Shown: positions 36,486 to 51,050 of the stretch, in pieces
Numbering within the stretch: position 1 is the stretch's first letter
Layout: the number at the start of each line of letters is the position of its first letter
Assembly: GCA_021613535.1 (NCBI GenBank)
Contig: CP075492.1
Coordinates: 18,042,001 to 18,106,000 of the forward strand
Direction: 5' to 3'
DNA length: 64,000 bases
Source of the DNA: Adineta vaga
Lineage: Eukaryota; Animalia; Rotifera
Made by a program: the position numbers and the translations under genes
The notes under the pieces: generated by a model
The model's database searches: none
What the model was told of the DNA's origin: nothing
The model's input: only the letters and a program-made list of their open reading frames with translations

Positions 36486-36630
36486 TAGTGGCGGTGCCAG
36501 CGGTGAGCTGGGATGGGCTAAGCACACTCTGGTTTTGAAATATTTCCACAGAAAACTAATCTTTATATTATAAAAATATACGATTTCTATAGTGAGTCTA
36601 CCCTCAGTAAAAATTCTGATGCCACTGCTA
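36486..36630. mobile_element. hAT-type MITE
   Basis: Degenerate TIRs TAGTGGCGGTGCCAG / CTGATGCCACTGCTA; 8-bp TSD TTCTCAAT / TCCTCAAT. Confidence 0.65.
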
Positions 36631-37008
36631 TCCTCAATACGATTTTCAATGTTCCATTCATATGTGTTAAAAAAAGTTGTTGTTTTAATAAAAAGAATGA
36701 TAGCTGCTGAAATTTACCTGTGCAGATGGATGTGAGCATAAGATAAAGATTAAATTCTTCTCTTGAATAAAATCAACCATATTTTATGTTTTCCGCTTAG
36801 TTTAAATGAAATAGAATGAGATGTATAAAGAGAAAATTATGACATAAATGTTTAACACACTTAGCTTACCATTATTTCTTATCTTACCTCTAAAAAATAT
36901 CCAATATCAATGCTGTTCAAATACAGAAAAAAATTATCTAAAAGAAAACATTCCATTAATGGATAGTTAAGTATTTAATATCAAGAAAATCTAGCATTTT
37001 CCTACAAA

Positions 37009-40000
37009 ATGAATATCAAAAGCTCATTGAATTCATTGATTAATCGAATAAGTAATTATAATCTTTTTCTAAAAGAAGAAAATGATTATGATGTTGACGA
37101 AAATGAAGAAAGAAACACAACGATCATTGTCAAACAACAGAGATACACAACTTGGCTTTACCTTTTTTTTCTCTTAGGTATGTTGATGTAGATATCAATT
37201 CAAATCTATGATTTTTCTTTAGTATCGATCTACCTTCTTCTCTACACAAGCTCGACACAAGTCGAACTTCGACTAATCACTGAATCGGATATAACACCTG
37301 TTGTATTCGATAAACTTCATTCAGAACACAAGAAAACTCTTTCATGTCCATGTTCAAAAGTGACTATACTTTATGATACATTTATTGAAACTCTGGATGA
37401 ATTTCATCCGATCTGTTCAAGTGCTTTTATTAGTAAAGAATGGATCGAAGCATTATATCTGAAACATGCAAGTCGATATGGAACGGGCGATTTTCGGACA
37501 GCAGCGAGTTCTCAGGTAAATGTTTCGCATGAGAAGATATGAAGTTGAAAGATACGTTGATTTAGTTTCGTTTATTGGCAAATCTTTGTTCCTATTCGAA
37601 ATCGACTGTTCACCAAAGTCGATCTGAATTGAAAAATGAAAATCTGATCAGTCATGTTCTTCTGACGAAAGATCAAGTTAAAGATAAAGTTCATGTGATG
37701 TTTCAATCTGTTCAGAATAGTGCAATACATCGAATGATCTCATTTTTGGATTATATCAGAGCGACAGTTCGAGCGAATTCTTTAGTTTCGGCTTTGAATA
37801 CTAATTATTTAATTATCGTTAATGATATACCACAAGATCCAATCATCATTAGCCGGGAAATCTCACTCATCGAAAGTTCTATGTCTGGCGGTATCGTTTA
37901 TACGCAATCGAATTGTTTTAGTGCAAATGCAATCGAAAGAGCTACTTTCCTTTCATTGTTTTATGATCAACATTATAGAAGTCACTTATTCTGGCAAAAA
38001 ATTTCATCGAATAGCAAAATAGTTGATGGATTCGTTGTTGGATGTACTTCTCTTGAAGGTCTTCTTCCCAGCACACTCGATTGTTTGTATAATGAAACAT
38101 GTCTTCAATTTTTACTAAATCAATTTTCAGCGATTGACAAAGTATGAATGAAATTCATTTTATTAATTAAGAGGAATTTTTGATTCCATTTAGAAATCGT
38201 TTAACGTCAGCAAATCCGTTTTGCCCTCAACAACGAAGAATGTATCTGTAAACGATCTTTTACTCAATCTTTTTCTTCAGAATTGGTCAATAAAGACAAA
38301 TTATCCGAACTATTTTCATCAATGTTCGCCTTTATACTGTACATATGAAAAAAATGTTCAACAGAATTTGTCTCATACAATTACTTTATTTATCAGTCTT
38401 TACGGTGGTCTTATCATTATACTTCGTTTAATCATACCGTTTCTAGTGCATCTTTGCTTTAAATTGAGATATTGCTCGAGAAACAATCGTTTGAACCATA
38501 GTAAGTAGATTCAGTTTCATCGTCATCGCATTCATTCCGTGACACAGTTTTACTCCCGAAGAAAATGCGCTAATAGCTTTTCTATTTTGTTTCAAGTTCG
38601 ACAAATGACACATGTCCAAAGATCGCATCGATATTTGAAACAACTCAATCTGTTCAAAGTCGCAAATAGGCGGTCAAAAATTGATATAAAAATACAAAAG
38701 ATAAGTACATATGTGTATTTAATCTTATTACTGAGTAAATATCTACTCTTTCATTTTCGACTGTAATTGTGAATTCCTTGTAGGCTCGTGTTTAACAATG
38801 ATTCTCTACAGTTTCTTAAGCACTAAAATGCTTACTAAAACTGTATCTAAACCACCATTGATTGATTATGAACGGTTACAAATTGAACATTTCGACACAC
38901 TGCGTTGTCCATGTTCGACTATGATCATTCCGTATAAAAACTTCATATCGTTATCACCAATTCTTCATCAAGTATGTTCGAGTGATTTTGTTTCCGATCG
39001 ATGGTTTACACTATTGGGAAACATACGAAGTGGATATAACACTCTTGATTGGCGTAACCGAGCTTTATCACAGTTTCGTTTATTAGCGGATATTTGTCAA
39101 TTGGCAAATCGAACAATTGATGATGCAGTGAATCGTTTTCGTTTCCAATCGTTCAGCGCGTCAATTGTCTTGACTAAAAATGCTTTTGAAAAACAAATCG
39201 ATGTGATTCTCGAGCTATTGTTTCAATCAACAACTGATTATTTTAGTCTTCTTCTTGAAACAACACGAATACTTATGCAAGTTGATCAACTATATATGGG
39301 TTCGATTCGAACAACTGAAATACGTGCTAAAGAAGAAAATCCCGAAGGAATATTCACAAGAAATAACACACTACGAGTATGTTTTTATTTCTGGAAAATG
39401 AACTTGTAAAAAACGATATGATGTGATCTTTTTTTTCTACTTAGGTCAAATTTCGATTGACTGGACCACGAAATGTCGACGCAAAAGTTTCCAATTGTAT
39501 TTGTGCAATTGATAGCAATTGTCAATATCCAGTTGGTATTTATGATGTAGATCATGTCTTATTAAGCCATCCAACAAGTCACAATTTATACACAACAGAG
39601 GGTTTAATAGCAGGATGCACAATTACAGATTCGTTGATGTTTTCAACACTCGAATGTTACTATTCAAATTCCACTTGTTTATCGATCTTAATGAATTATA
39701 GTCGACAATCATATTTCCTGAATGTTTTAAATCCTTCATCATGGTTTGACGTTCGTCCGCTTGTTTATAATTCAACATTAAGTCGTTTTCCTCCTCAAAC
39801 ATTAATATCAACGATTGTGAAAAAATTAATGATAGAACAGTGGAGTCAATCAGTTTCATACGAAAATTTCTATCAGTCATGTGCACCTGACTATTGTACT
39901 TATTCTCAACGACAACGCATAAGATCTACTCTTAATGTATTGGTCAAATTTCTGTCAATAGTTAGTGGAATTGTTTTATCATTACGATTGATTGTACCTC

Positions 40001-42886
40001 AGCTGATCGAATGGATTGTTCATGTGATAAGAAAGGTTCGGAAGACTAAACAACAGCAACAACAACAACAAGCACGACAAAGTAATTGACAATCTTTTCG
40101 ATCGAATGATTTTTCTTCTGTATTAGATTCGACAGTCTACGATCGATTACGCCAGTTAATCCAAAACCGATTGAAATATATGCGCACTATACTGACCGAA
40201 TTGAATGTATTCTATCGACGAGATTTCAGTAGCAACATTGATCAAAGAACAGCGAAATATCTTGGACAATGGGCTACTCGTCTATTTCTAATATTATTTT
40301 CAGTTGCTCTTATTATTCTTAGTCTTTATACAATGGTTGTATCACGAACAGTTACAACAATTTACACTAAACCAGATCTCAATATGTATACAGATCTTTT
40401 CCAACGTTATGGAAGTGAATTAAAATGCCCATGTTCGTCGATTGCATTTCCATATAAAGATTTCATTAGAGTCAAAGCGAGATTTCATGAGGTAAAGATT
40501 AATGATCTTTGATACAATAGCTAAATCATTCTTTATTCTATAGGTTTGTTCAAGTTCGTTTGTTTTAGACGAAGGACGACTGAATTTAACATCTGGTTTC
40601 GTTTCTAATCTTTCTTTTTATCGACAAAAAGATTATCGTCGTTTCTTTTCCGCTCATTTGCAATTCCTTCAAGGTTTATGTCAACTCTCTGAGAAAGCAA
40701 CAAATATTTCTATCCAGACGTTTCTCTTGACATTATTTGCTGGTGCTGAACTTCAATCAAAAGTGAATCTTGATCCATATCTTTATTCAATCATTGAACA
40801 AAGTCGATTGAATGCACCGAAAACATTCCTTCGTCATTTCGTCTTACTCGAAGACATCAATCATGCAAATGCATTTATATCGATGTACGGAACTAATTAT
40901 GAATATTATGCACCTTGGACGAATCTTATGCATAGCTATTTGCCTACTAAAGCATTGGATTATGACAATTGTTCTTGTGGAATGTTTTCAAATTGTACTA
41001 GTGAAGGAAGATTTTTCGAAGAAAATTCTTCAAATACCTTTCCAATTCAAGGATTGAAGATCGGTTGTACACCAAGTGAATCATTTCGTGTTTCAACTCT
41101 CGAATGTTTCTATAATCAATCATGTCTCGATCTTATTCAACAATATACTTCAAAAACGAACTCGATCTGCTCTCTTTCAAATACAACGAGTCGATTTCCA
41201 ACGAATAGAACAATTGATGAATTACTTCGAGAGTTATTTGTTGAAGAATGGCAAACAACAGTTGATTATTCTTCGTATTTTCATCGGTGTCTACCTTTGA
41301 TATGTTCATATACTTATATTGAAAAGCTTAATATATTTCATACAATAACTGTTTTCTTTGGTCTTCAAGGTGGTCTGGGAATAATTCTCAAATGGATTTG
41401 TCCGAAAGTAATTCAAATTCTCTATAAAATCTATCAATATCGAAAGAAACGAATAAATGTTACTGACACAAATTTGAATTTGACAGAACAAGTATCAAAT
41501 CGTGTGTCATTTCAGTATGTGATTTTGAACTTTATATAGAATCTCTCAAAGTTTGTTTTTTTTCACAGAAGAAATTCGACTTGTTCAGTTCGATATTATT
41601 TCAAAATCGGTTTCATAGTTGTGATTATATTGATCGTTATCTTAGGTCTCATTTTGTATTCCATCAAAGTCTCCCGACAAGAAATATCTCTAATAACAAC
41701 ACTAACAAGTTCACTGGCCTCCACATCAACATCAACGAGTATTGAGACGCAACTGTCAACTGATCCAATGACTACAAGTACGATAATATCAACTACCACA
41801 ACAAAATCAGCTTGTCAACTCAAATTTGAACGAATATCAACTAGTAGAGATGAATCTTTCACAATCACTTCGCATGTCATTGCTGATTTTAATGGTGATG
41901 GTTATGTCGACCTTGCGTTTCTTGGCGAAAATTCCGACGATTTTTATGTGATGATTGGCTATGGTAATGGAACCTTCATGAAAAGTATCATATCTGTCGA
42001 AATGGGAACATTTTCGTCGAAAGAAATGATTTCGGGTGATTTTAACAATGATAAGAAATTAGATCTTGCTGGTGTTATTTCTCAGGATAGACTTGTATGG
42101 ATTGTACTCGGATTTAACAATGGAACTTTCGAATGGCGACCTAGATGGATATTGGGACGTGAAGATTATCCAACAGGTATTGCTGTCGCAGATCTGAACG
42201 AGGACCAGTATTTAGATGTCATTTCGGCAATTCCTCAGAAAAATAATATAGGTGTTTTTATTGGAAAGGGCGATGGAACAATATCTCATGTACAAAAGTT
42301 CTATACCGGATTGAATAGTTATACGTTACGAGTGGCGACAGCTGATTTCAACTGCGATAATCATCAAGATATCGCTGTTGTCAATCAAAATGCTAAAAAT
42401 ATTGGCATATTTCTTGGTTATGGTAATGGATCTTTTCAAGAACAAAAAACATTTTTTACAGGTGGCCAATTTGGACCGTTTCGTTTTGCGATTGCTGATT
42501 TGGATCATGATACTTTTCCAGATATAGTTGTCTCTTATCGCTGGAATAATTTCACCAGTTTATTGTTCGGACATGGTGACGGGACATTTTCTGATTTCAT
42601 CCGATATGGAATAGGATTAATAGCGGAACAACAACCAATTGTTATTGCTGACATCAACGGTGATCAGCATTTGGACATAGGTTTTGGTTACATTGATAAT
42701 CAAATGAAAGCATTGGTTGGAGATGGACATAGAAACTTTGAACTTCAAACAGTATTTAAATCACGATTTAGCGGACAAAGTACTTGGATTGGCGTGGCTG
42801 ATCTTGACAATGATAAAGATGTGGATATGATCGAAATAGATTTATCTACTGAATCTCAAGATGTTCTTTTGAATACATGTCACTGA
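37009..42886 (+). CDS. Large multi-exon membrane protein with three repeated Cys-rich TM-bounded modules and a C-terminal FG-GAP propeller
   Basis: Three copies of the pattern L(S/R/K)CPCS...(I/V)CSS.F...GC...STL(D/E)C.Y...C.P..C(T/S)Y plus TM segments. Short GT-AG introns; the last exon (from 41569) joins in frame and encodes a Thr-rich linker and DFNxDxxxD repeats. Confidence 0.8.
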
Positions 42887-43044
42887 TGACTTGAAAGTAT
42901 CAATCTAGAACAATCGATTTCGTTCTAAATTTTTCATGGAAGCATTCTACTACTATTGAAATAAAGAAAAGGCAGCTGGAAGAAAGTTGTATAACTTTTG
43001 ATTGAAAAGTTATTTCGAACTGCGGTTTTCATCATTCAATAGAG

Positions 43045-43110
43045 GAGGGTCGGGTGCGAGTGTGAGTTTTACATCTATCTAACAACCACACCAACACCCA
43101 CCCTCAAGAT
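43045..43110. repeat. Telomeric-repeat hairpin H16
   Basis: GAGGGTCGGGTGCGAGTGTGAG-TTTTACATCTATCTAAC-AACCACACCAACACCCACCCTCAAGAT. Confidence 0.85.
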
Positions 43111-43615
43111 GATAATCATGTTAGTAAAGCTTTCTTATGAACAGAATGTTTTTTGGTTACGAGAATGACGATATTTCTATTCGATTCCATTTGCAAAATC
43201 AAATTGACAATGTTAATAGAACATAAAACGGTTACAAAAAATGAATTACTAACTTTTCATATTTTATTTTGCTGATTTCCTTTTGTGAAATAATATACAA
43301 CACGTCGATCTAATCTGATTTCTTTCTGAATGTTTAAGCAAACAAAGTTTAAGACGATATGTTTTATATTCTTTCATTTTTTTCATCTCTGTATCAGTTT
43401 TTCTTCGTCTGTTTCTATTATTTATATTTCCGTTGTTTTTCTTTTGTTGTTCTTGACTGTAGATCATCCTCTAGACATACATATCGGTATATTTTAGGGG
43501 GTGTCTGTTCTGCCGTACGCAAGATTGACGGACATGGAGAAATCTGATCCTGTAAGTAGTTGGTCTCCACAGGTGCTACGTCGAAGCTACATGATGATGA
43601 TGATGATATTTGAGG

Positions 43616-45157
43616 CTAATCGGTCGAACGTTGAAGATCTTTATGATGAATAACACCATTAGTTTGTAGTTCTTGCAAAAGTTTTTTGTTATGTTTCATA
43701 TGTAATGTCTGAATCCATGTTTGACCATATTTATTCTTCTTGTATTGATTGTAAAGAGTTTCAATGAGAAATTTAATCATAGGATATCGATGACCAGTTA
43801 CTTTGAGACATGCATATAATAAGAGATCATTACCATCGTCATCGACTGCGTTTTTAAGTGATGGATAGGTTCGTAGTACTTTCTCGAGAGATTGTATTTC
43901 TTCCTTCTCGACTAAATGGAATAACCATTTTGCATTATTCAACCATGAATCAAGAATTTGTTGATCAATAAGTTTATCTAAAAACTGTCGACTTTGCTGA
44001 GTTAAACGTAAAATATCAAGAATTTGTACTCTATTAATATCTTGATGAAATCGTTCATTAAAATGTGAAGAGTATTGATAGAAATATAGTAGTTCATTGA
44101 ATTGCCCGGATATACTCAAATGTTTGACAAAAGCAATAAAGTGATCATTCACACGTGAATTCATTTCTTTTACAATTGGAATTCGTTTTGCATATTCATC
44201 GATAATAAGTTTCATTATTTCATTCATTATTACCTTTAGCCATGGAAAATGAGGAATGTTCCACTCTTGTAGACAAATCTCACGCATTAGATCATATAGT
44301 TCTAATTCCGACGAGGAATTCCGATCGAATACAAAGATTAAAGCTTGTACAAAATAGATAATTAGATCGATCAATTTTTGGTAGGAAATAGTTTGAATAC
44401 CATATTTTTGTTGATACAGCTTGATATATCGTATTTCCCAAAGAAGTTTATCAAAACCATTGTAGAGCGGAGTTCTATAATTATACGTATTATAAGATTG
44501 ATTAGTAAAATAATTAGTCCTATAAATCATCCATGATTTGTACATATTCATAAGATGTTGATAAACAAATGGAGATTTAGTTGGTATCCATTGTTTATCA
44601 TAAAAGGCAGTCATAAAAATAAAAAATGCATCGGATATATTATGTTGAAGGAACTGGTCATCTAGAAGGTCGACACGGTTTATCCAATAAGTAGGTAAAG
44701 TAGTATTTTTCTTCGTTAGATCAAGCAATTTGTCACGTATTTGACAAAGAAGATTCGTCAAACTTTCCATTTTTAAAACATTGTGATTATGATTGAAATT
44801 GGCCATTTTGGATTGAAATTCATTACCTAACTCAATACATTTTTCATGCAGATGTTCCTTGAGAAATATTTGTAAATATTCAATGAGATGCTCATAGTTT
44901 TTAGTTGATTTCATTAGAGATAAGTTTCGGAAGAGTTGTTGCCATAAAATAGATTGAGCAATGTTCTTCAAATCTTTGTCAGGCACAATCATTTGCATAA
45001 ATTGAGTCAAGAAATAAGAACGTCTATCAAGAATAATATTATTGAAACGTTGATTTAGACCAAAATATGTTCGAAGAACAATAGAAATATCACCAGCATA
45101 TTCCATAATCATCAAGATAAGTTCATCAGAAAGATTTTCGAATGTTTTTATCGACAT
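43616..45157 (-). CDS. F-box-like N-terminus with C-terminal ankyrin-like repeats
   Basis: FENLSDELILMIMEY...FGLNQRFNNII (F-box-like); DDDGNDLLLYAC...KNKYGQT (ankyrin-like). Confidence 0.7.
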   Translation of the reverse strand: MSIKTFENLSDELILMIMEYAGDISIVLRTYFGLNQRFNNIILDRRSYFLTQFMQMIVPDKDLKNIAQSILWQQLFRNLSLMKSTKNYEHLIEYLQIFLKEHLHEKCIELGNEFQSKMANFNHNHNVLKMESLTNLLCQIRDKLLDLTKKNTTLPTYWINRVDLLDDQFLQHNISDAFFIFMTAFYDKQWIPTKSPFVYQHLMNMYKSWMIYRTNYFTNQSYNTYNYRTPLYNGFDKLLWEIRYIKLYQQKYGIQTISYQKLIDLIIYFVQALIFVFDRNSSSELELYDLMREICLQEWNIPHFPWLKVIMNEIMKLIIDEYAKRIPIVKEMNSRVNDHFIAFVKHLSISGQFNELLYFYQYSSHFNERFHQDINRVQILDILRLTQQSRQFLDKLIDQQILDSWLNNAKWLFHLVEKEEIQSLEKVLRTYPSLKNAVDDDGNDLLLYACLKVTGHRYPMIKFLIETLYNQYKKNKYGQTWIQTLHMKHNKKLLQELQTNGVIHHKDLQRSTD

Positions 45158-45380
45158 AGTTAATGTAATTTTTGTTTCTTTTTAAAATATTGAAGAATAA
45201 TCTTTACTTGGCATACTTTTTATTATGCCTGTAAAAAGAAAACATGTGGTTTCAAACGTTGTCGCATACTTGAATAGGCTTCTTCCGAAATTACGAAATA
45301 GGAAGAACAGAAAAAATTCACGAAAGATTCCATAAGAAAAAGAGTTCGTCAAAATTTTTGACGATCAACATCCAATCAAA

Positions 45381-45466
45381 GAAAAGGGTGTGGGTGAATT
45401 GCGCAAAAAGACCTACACTCACTGTAAAAACCACAGACAGAGCCAAACCCACACCCACCCACGCCC
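45381..45466. repeat. Telomeric-repeat hairpin H17
   Basis: GAAAAGGGTGTGGGTG...ACCCACACCCACCCACGCCC. Confidence 0.75.
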
Positions 45467-46625
45467 AAAAATAATATAAATCGAAAAGATTTCGAACCTC
45501 GGTGTCCATATCTTCAATTCTTTTTAACTGTTGTAGTTAAAATTTCATATACAGCAGTTCAAACTGTATGGCGAGATATTCCATTGAATATCATTAATCA
45601 CTTTATTATTGGAATCAAATTATTTGATGATCATTTTCATCGTGTACAAAAATATTAACTACCTTAGAAAATCATATATACCTACAGATTCATCAGAAAT
45701 GTGAATATCAAAAAGGTGCTTTTGACATAATGTCAGAGAATACAAGTGACGAAATGACGATCAATGAAACTCGCTGCAAATCAACTGATATGGTCATTTT
45801 CTCTTCCGTGGTCATACTGATGTATATTTTTCAATGAGTTTATCGGCATCGTCACTCTGAATATTCACAATGTTTACTTCGAAGAGATGCGAAAAAAATT
45901 CGGATGCTTATGAATAAGATTACATGAAATCTCAATGACACGTGAAAGTGTCTACTGGTTACGAAAGGATTAATCATTTTTTATAGCGAGAAAACCGAAC
46001 ATATCAGAAACGAAACGCTGAACAACTTTCAGTATCACACAACAATTATAAAATTGATTTTTCTTTGTAATTGTTTTTCATGCATTCGATCTCTCCACAG
46101 ACTTTTATCTTTTTCATCAAGGATTTCAAACATCCATCGCATTTATTTCAGTTCCGATGGAAAATGAAATTCAAAAATAATGATTATAAATGTGGACAAA
46201 CTTGTTCGTGTTCTATTTAAGCAGCTTCAATCACTTTTCCACCATTTCTTCAAGATTTTGTTTCTCTTTTTTTTAGTGAACTTTCATTTTCTTATGTTTG
46301 AAAATATAGAGATGTGTTGAATATTATGAGCTATAAAGAAAAAGGTATCTTTTGGGTTTTTTGCTGTAGCAAAAAGCCATGCGAATTACAGCATAGATTT
46401 ATAACATAGTATTGGAAAATTATGCCATTGACTACTTCTTTTTTATGCTACTTTCGTGGAACAAACTGAGCAAAATGTTCATTGTCTGATAAAACTTGTA
46501 AAAAGAATTAGATTTATTACAGAAGAGAGAAGTTTTTAGTTGTTTATATTAGTGTGTTGAACACAAGGAAAGATGAAAAAAAAAGTATTCTGTCAATGTG
46601 TGTTTGCTTTTAAATAATATCCATT

Positions 46626-48140
46626 TCAATTGGACTTAACATTAAACATTTGTATTCGATGATTAGAACAATCAACAACATACAAACTATTATGTCGATC
46701 AAATGACAAATTCAAGGGATTAGACAATTGATTATGTCTTTGTCCTTCTCCATTTCTACCAACAACTATATTTCCCTCTTTTGCATCTAAACACCATCGC
46801 ATCACTCGATGATTGCCTTGATCAGCCACATATACAGTTCCTAACTCATCGACAATCACTCCCCAAGGATAGTTCAGTTGTGACAAACTACTTCCTTGAC
46901 GCTGAGTACCTGCAACAACAATACCTTCCTTTGCATCTTTCATCCATTTCATTACACGATGATTCCCTTGATCAACAATATACAAAGAATGCTCTATATC
47001 AACAAATATACCACAAGGTCTGCTCAGTTGATCAACTCGATTTCCTTGTCCATTTCCACCTGCTACAACTGTTCCATTTCGATCACCAATCTTCCATCGT
47101 CGTACTTCGTGTTTATCAACATCACAAATATACAAATATCCTTCATCATCCATTGTTATTCCATAAGAACTAACATCAGAAATAATAATTTCTCCATTTT
47201 TTCCTTCTCGAAGAGGCCATCTCATTATCCTTCTGTTATCATAATCAGAGATAATCAGAGAATCACTCTCTTCATCCACAATCACATCTATTGGACCATT
47301 CAACTGATCATTTCTATTTCCTTGTCCATTTCCTCCAGCAACTACTCGACCTTTCTTTGCTCCAATCTTCCATTCTACAATACGGTGATTACCATAATCA
47401 GCGATATAAATAATGTCATTATTATCAATGCATATACTGAATGGATAATATAGTTGATGAAGTCCGTTGCCTTGTCTATTTCCTCCAACTATTGTAATAC
47501 CATTTTGTATCCATTTTGCATTAACATTGATATTTGGTATAACCCATGATTCTACAAAATAAATCATTTTCACAATCTTCAGACGTTCTTACAAAAATCT
47601 CTTTTAGATTTTCAACTTACCCATAGAAACGTCAACATTGATTCTCGCGATGAGTGGTATGGAACTTTGTTTGATTTGAATATTTGACTGTTTCGTTAGT
47701 TCTTCATTCATTCGATTTAGTTGTTTTTTCCATTGTTGAAGATCTCTTTCGATAAAATTATTTTCTTTTCGACTTATTTCAAGTTCTTCTGCTAATTCGT
47801 TTAGTTTCTTTTCGATATCAGCTAATAATTCTCTAGTTTGTTTGTATAAAAGTTGTCTTGTTTCTTCTGCTACTTGTTTGATTATATTGATTGAATCTTG
47901 TTCCCACTGATTGATTTGTCTGATGAGATGATCATTTTCATAAGGTTTATTAGAATAATCAGTGAGTGTTTGACGAAAAAGATCACGATGAACTTGAATT
48001 TCATCGAGTTGTAAACTCAATTCTTGTCGATGATCTGCCAAATGGTTAAAACAAAATGATTGTAAACATCCATTGCATCGAAATGTACTGGTTTCTTTTT
48101 CACAAGTGACACATCGTGCTTCTGCAGTTGATGTTGCCAT
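46626..48140 (-). CDS. B-box/coiled-coil plus NHL-repeat protein (exons 48140-47621, 47551-46626)
   Basis: CxxC...CxxC...CxxHxxxH B-box-like motif, coiled coil, six NHL repeats (IYIADYGNHRI); in-frame phase-1 intron. Confidence 0.88.
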
Positions 48141-48882
48141 TTTCAAAAATGATTTTAAGAATGTGTATGTCACCAGAAGAGAAGAAAGAAGAAAAGTAAC
48201 GATGACGGCTTATATGTTTATGGTGGCATGAAATCGAAAAAGTATGAGCTAAAATCAACAATGAAATCTTTGTATGTTGGAAAGAAACAGCAATGATTGA
48301 TGACGATAGTTTCAAATAAATCTTAGTTTGTTTATTATTTAAGATCTCTAAAATGATAGTTGTATGAAAATTTGATAATTTATTTTACGATAATTCTTCT
48401 AGTCGAGAAAAAAAAGATACGGGAAATGTCGAGAGAGAAAAGACGATAAGAAATTCATTAAACATTACTTGCTGTTTTCATGAATTATTCGCAGAGATGC
48501 AATCATTATACTATATAATAGCTACACATTCGAGACGATTCAGTTTTCCTACGAAAATTCATCCAGGTGCTTGTTTCTACAGAGGATAAACTTTTAGTAG
48601 ATACATTTACTGACCTTTTCTTTCTATTTTGTCGCTTTTTACTGTTCTTCTCTGTCATACAATTAGATAATTAATGGAATCTCGTGATCCATTGTATAAT
48701 GACTCAACTTACTTTTTCGTTCTGTAATATGAGGTGCACATTACATACGAGATGAAGACAAAGGGTTTCTCAATCTTTCTGTTGGATTCGTGCCTATTCT
48801 ACTTATCGCTGCTCATAAGCATAAAAAAGATCAAAATTGTCCAACTTCTCGAATATTTTACATGTCATCAGAAGAAGCCAGT

Positions 48883-48937
48883 AGGGGTGTGGATGGGTTA
48901 AGAGTATAGGTTGACCCACACACACCCACACCCTCAA
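48883..48937. repeat. Telomeric-repeat hairpin H18
   Basis: AGGGGTGTGGATGGG-TTAAGAGTATAGGTTGA-CCCACACACACCCACACCCTCAA. Confidence 0.85.
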
Positions 48938-49449
48938 TAATCTTTCTCTCGCCATGTACTCTTCAGATACTTTCTCCTCAATCACTTATTTTTGTATATA
49001 CCAACACTGCCGTGAACAAGTATAATAAACCATTTGCTATATTATCAACGAATATTCACATCTTGGAATTTTATTAATGATTTTAAGTGTTTCTTTTATA
49101 TATTTGTCTCAGCATGGAGTGTGCGATGGATGCGAGAGTCTTTATCCTCATCCATCAACACCCGCCGCGCATTCACATCCTCATTGATTAAATAATAAAA
49201 CTCTTTGATTTCATCTTTTAATATGTACAACTATTTTTCTGTTTCATATTAAAACATATTTACATAAAAACTGCACCATCAAGTCGCTCACTTCTTTTTT
49301 ATGATATTTGTTTTTCTCTTTTTTCCTTTTTTTTTTGTATACTTTTACTTTTTTTAAATAACATTTTCGTACTCTTTTCTTATAATTTGTGAAAAAATAT
49401 TTCATACTTTTGATGTAGATTTTATAATTGTTCTATACAAAAATACACA

Positions 49450-50950
49450 ATGAAGTTTTTTCAGAGTTTTAGTTGGATAATACTCCTAATATTTTTAAAC
49501 GGTTTGTTGAAATCTTTTCTTTTAAAAATTCCTAATTATATAATCGATTGAATGTTTAGATCAAACCATTCAATCATCAAGTTATATGTGTAATGAAAAT
49601 AACACTACTATTGAGTTTTCTCTTTCTTTTTCTTCTCATTCCGCATGGAATAATTTATCGAATTGTTCACTTTCTCAATGCTCTAGTAATAACAACCATA
49701 GTTGTAATTTATCACCAACACCTTGTTTTACTTATCGTACAATAAATAACATCAGTTATTGTGCACCTGCAAGTCTTTGTTCATTATTAGAATCATGTAA
49801 TAATACATGTTCATCAAATACATCTGTTTGTATTATTAATTCATGTTGTCAATCCAAGTCGATTTGTTTACCATTATCATGGACAACAATGTGTCCATCA
49901 ATGATAGTGTCCTGTGAACTTTCTTTTACATCAATGACAACATTTCTTACAAATCAAGATCCATTGGGAATTGCTAGTGGTGATTTTAATCATGATAATT
50001 ACACAGATATTGTTGTTACTCATTATAGTAGTAACACAACTAGTGTACTCTTTGGTTATGGAAATGGAACTTTTATAGAACAAATAATAATTCCATTAGG
50101 ATATTATCCACAAATGGTTCTTGTATGTGATATTAATAATGATAATCAATTAGATTTTCTTGTTCCTAATCGTTATGATTATACTATACACGTATTATTA
50201 GGTTATGGAAATGGAACTTTTGCAATGCCAATCATTATACCAACTGGTGTTTTTCCAACTTCAATTGCTGTTGATGATTTTAATAACGATAATCAAATGG
50301 ATTTAGTTGTTAGTAATGGTGCAGATGGAAATATAGGTGTATACTTTGGTTATGGAAATGGAAACTTTTCATCAGCAACAACATATTCGACTGGTATTTT
50401 ACCAACTGGAATTGCTCTTGGTGATTTTAATAATGATAATCAAATAGATATTGTTGTTGCTAATTATTACAATCAGAGTATTAGTATTTTTCTTGGTTAT
50501 GGTAATGGAATTTTTACAAGTCAAAGAACATTTCCGACTGGTGGTACTTCATATTCAGTTGCTGTTGCTGATTTTAATAATGATAATCAAGATGATATTG
50601 TGGTTACAAATCGTGATAACAATACTATTAGTATCCTTTTTGGTTATGGTAATGGTTCTTTTTCAACACAAATGATATTATCTACTAATTTGTATCCACA
50701 GGCAGTTGTTATTGGAGATTTAAATGGTGATAATTATGAAGATATTATTGTTACTAATAGTAGAAGTAATAATACAAGTATCTTTCTTTCTTTTGGAAAT
50801 GGAAGTTTTTCATCACAGATTATATTTTCAACTGGTTATTGGCCAGTTTTTATTGCTATTGATGATTTCAATGGTGATGGTCGAAAAGATCTTGCTATTG
50901 CGAATAATGGTAATGAAAGAGTTAGTATTCTTTTGAACACTTGTCAATAG
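49450..50950 (+). CDS. Secreted protein with Cys-rich N-terminal domain and FG-GAP propeller (exons 49450-49501, 49560-50950)
   Basis: Signal-peptide exon splices in frame; about 7 DFNNDNQxD repeats. Confidence 0.88.
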
Positions 50951-51050
50951 GATAAAACAATCATTTTGTTTTTCTTTTCATAATATATTGAATGTGAGAA
51001 GTATTTTATTTTAAATAAAGCTTAAATAGTCTTTTCTAATATATTTCATC

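Noticed and set aside
43465-43615. Open frame continuing after the F-box gene stop codon
   Set aside because: About 49 codons with no recognisable motif; it cannot be distinguished from 3' UTR.
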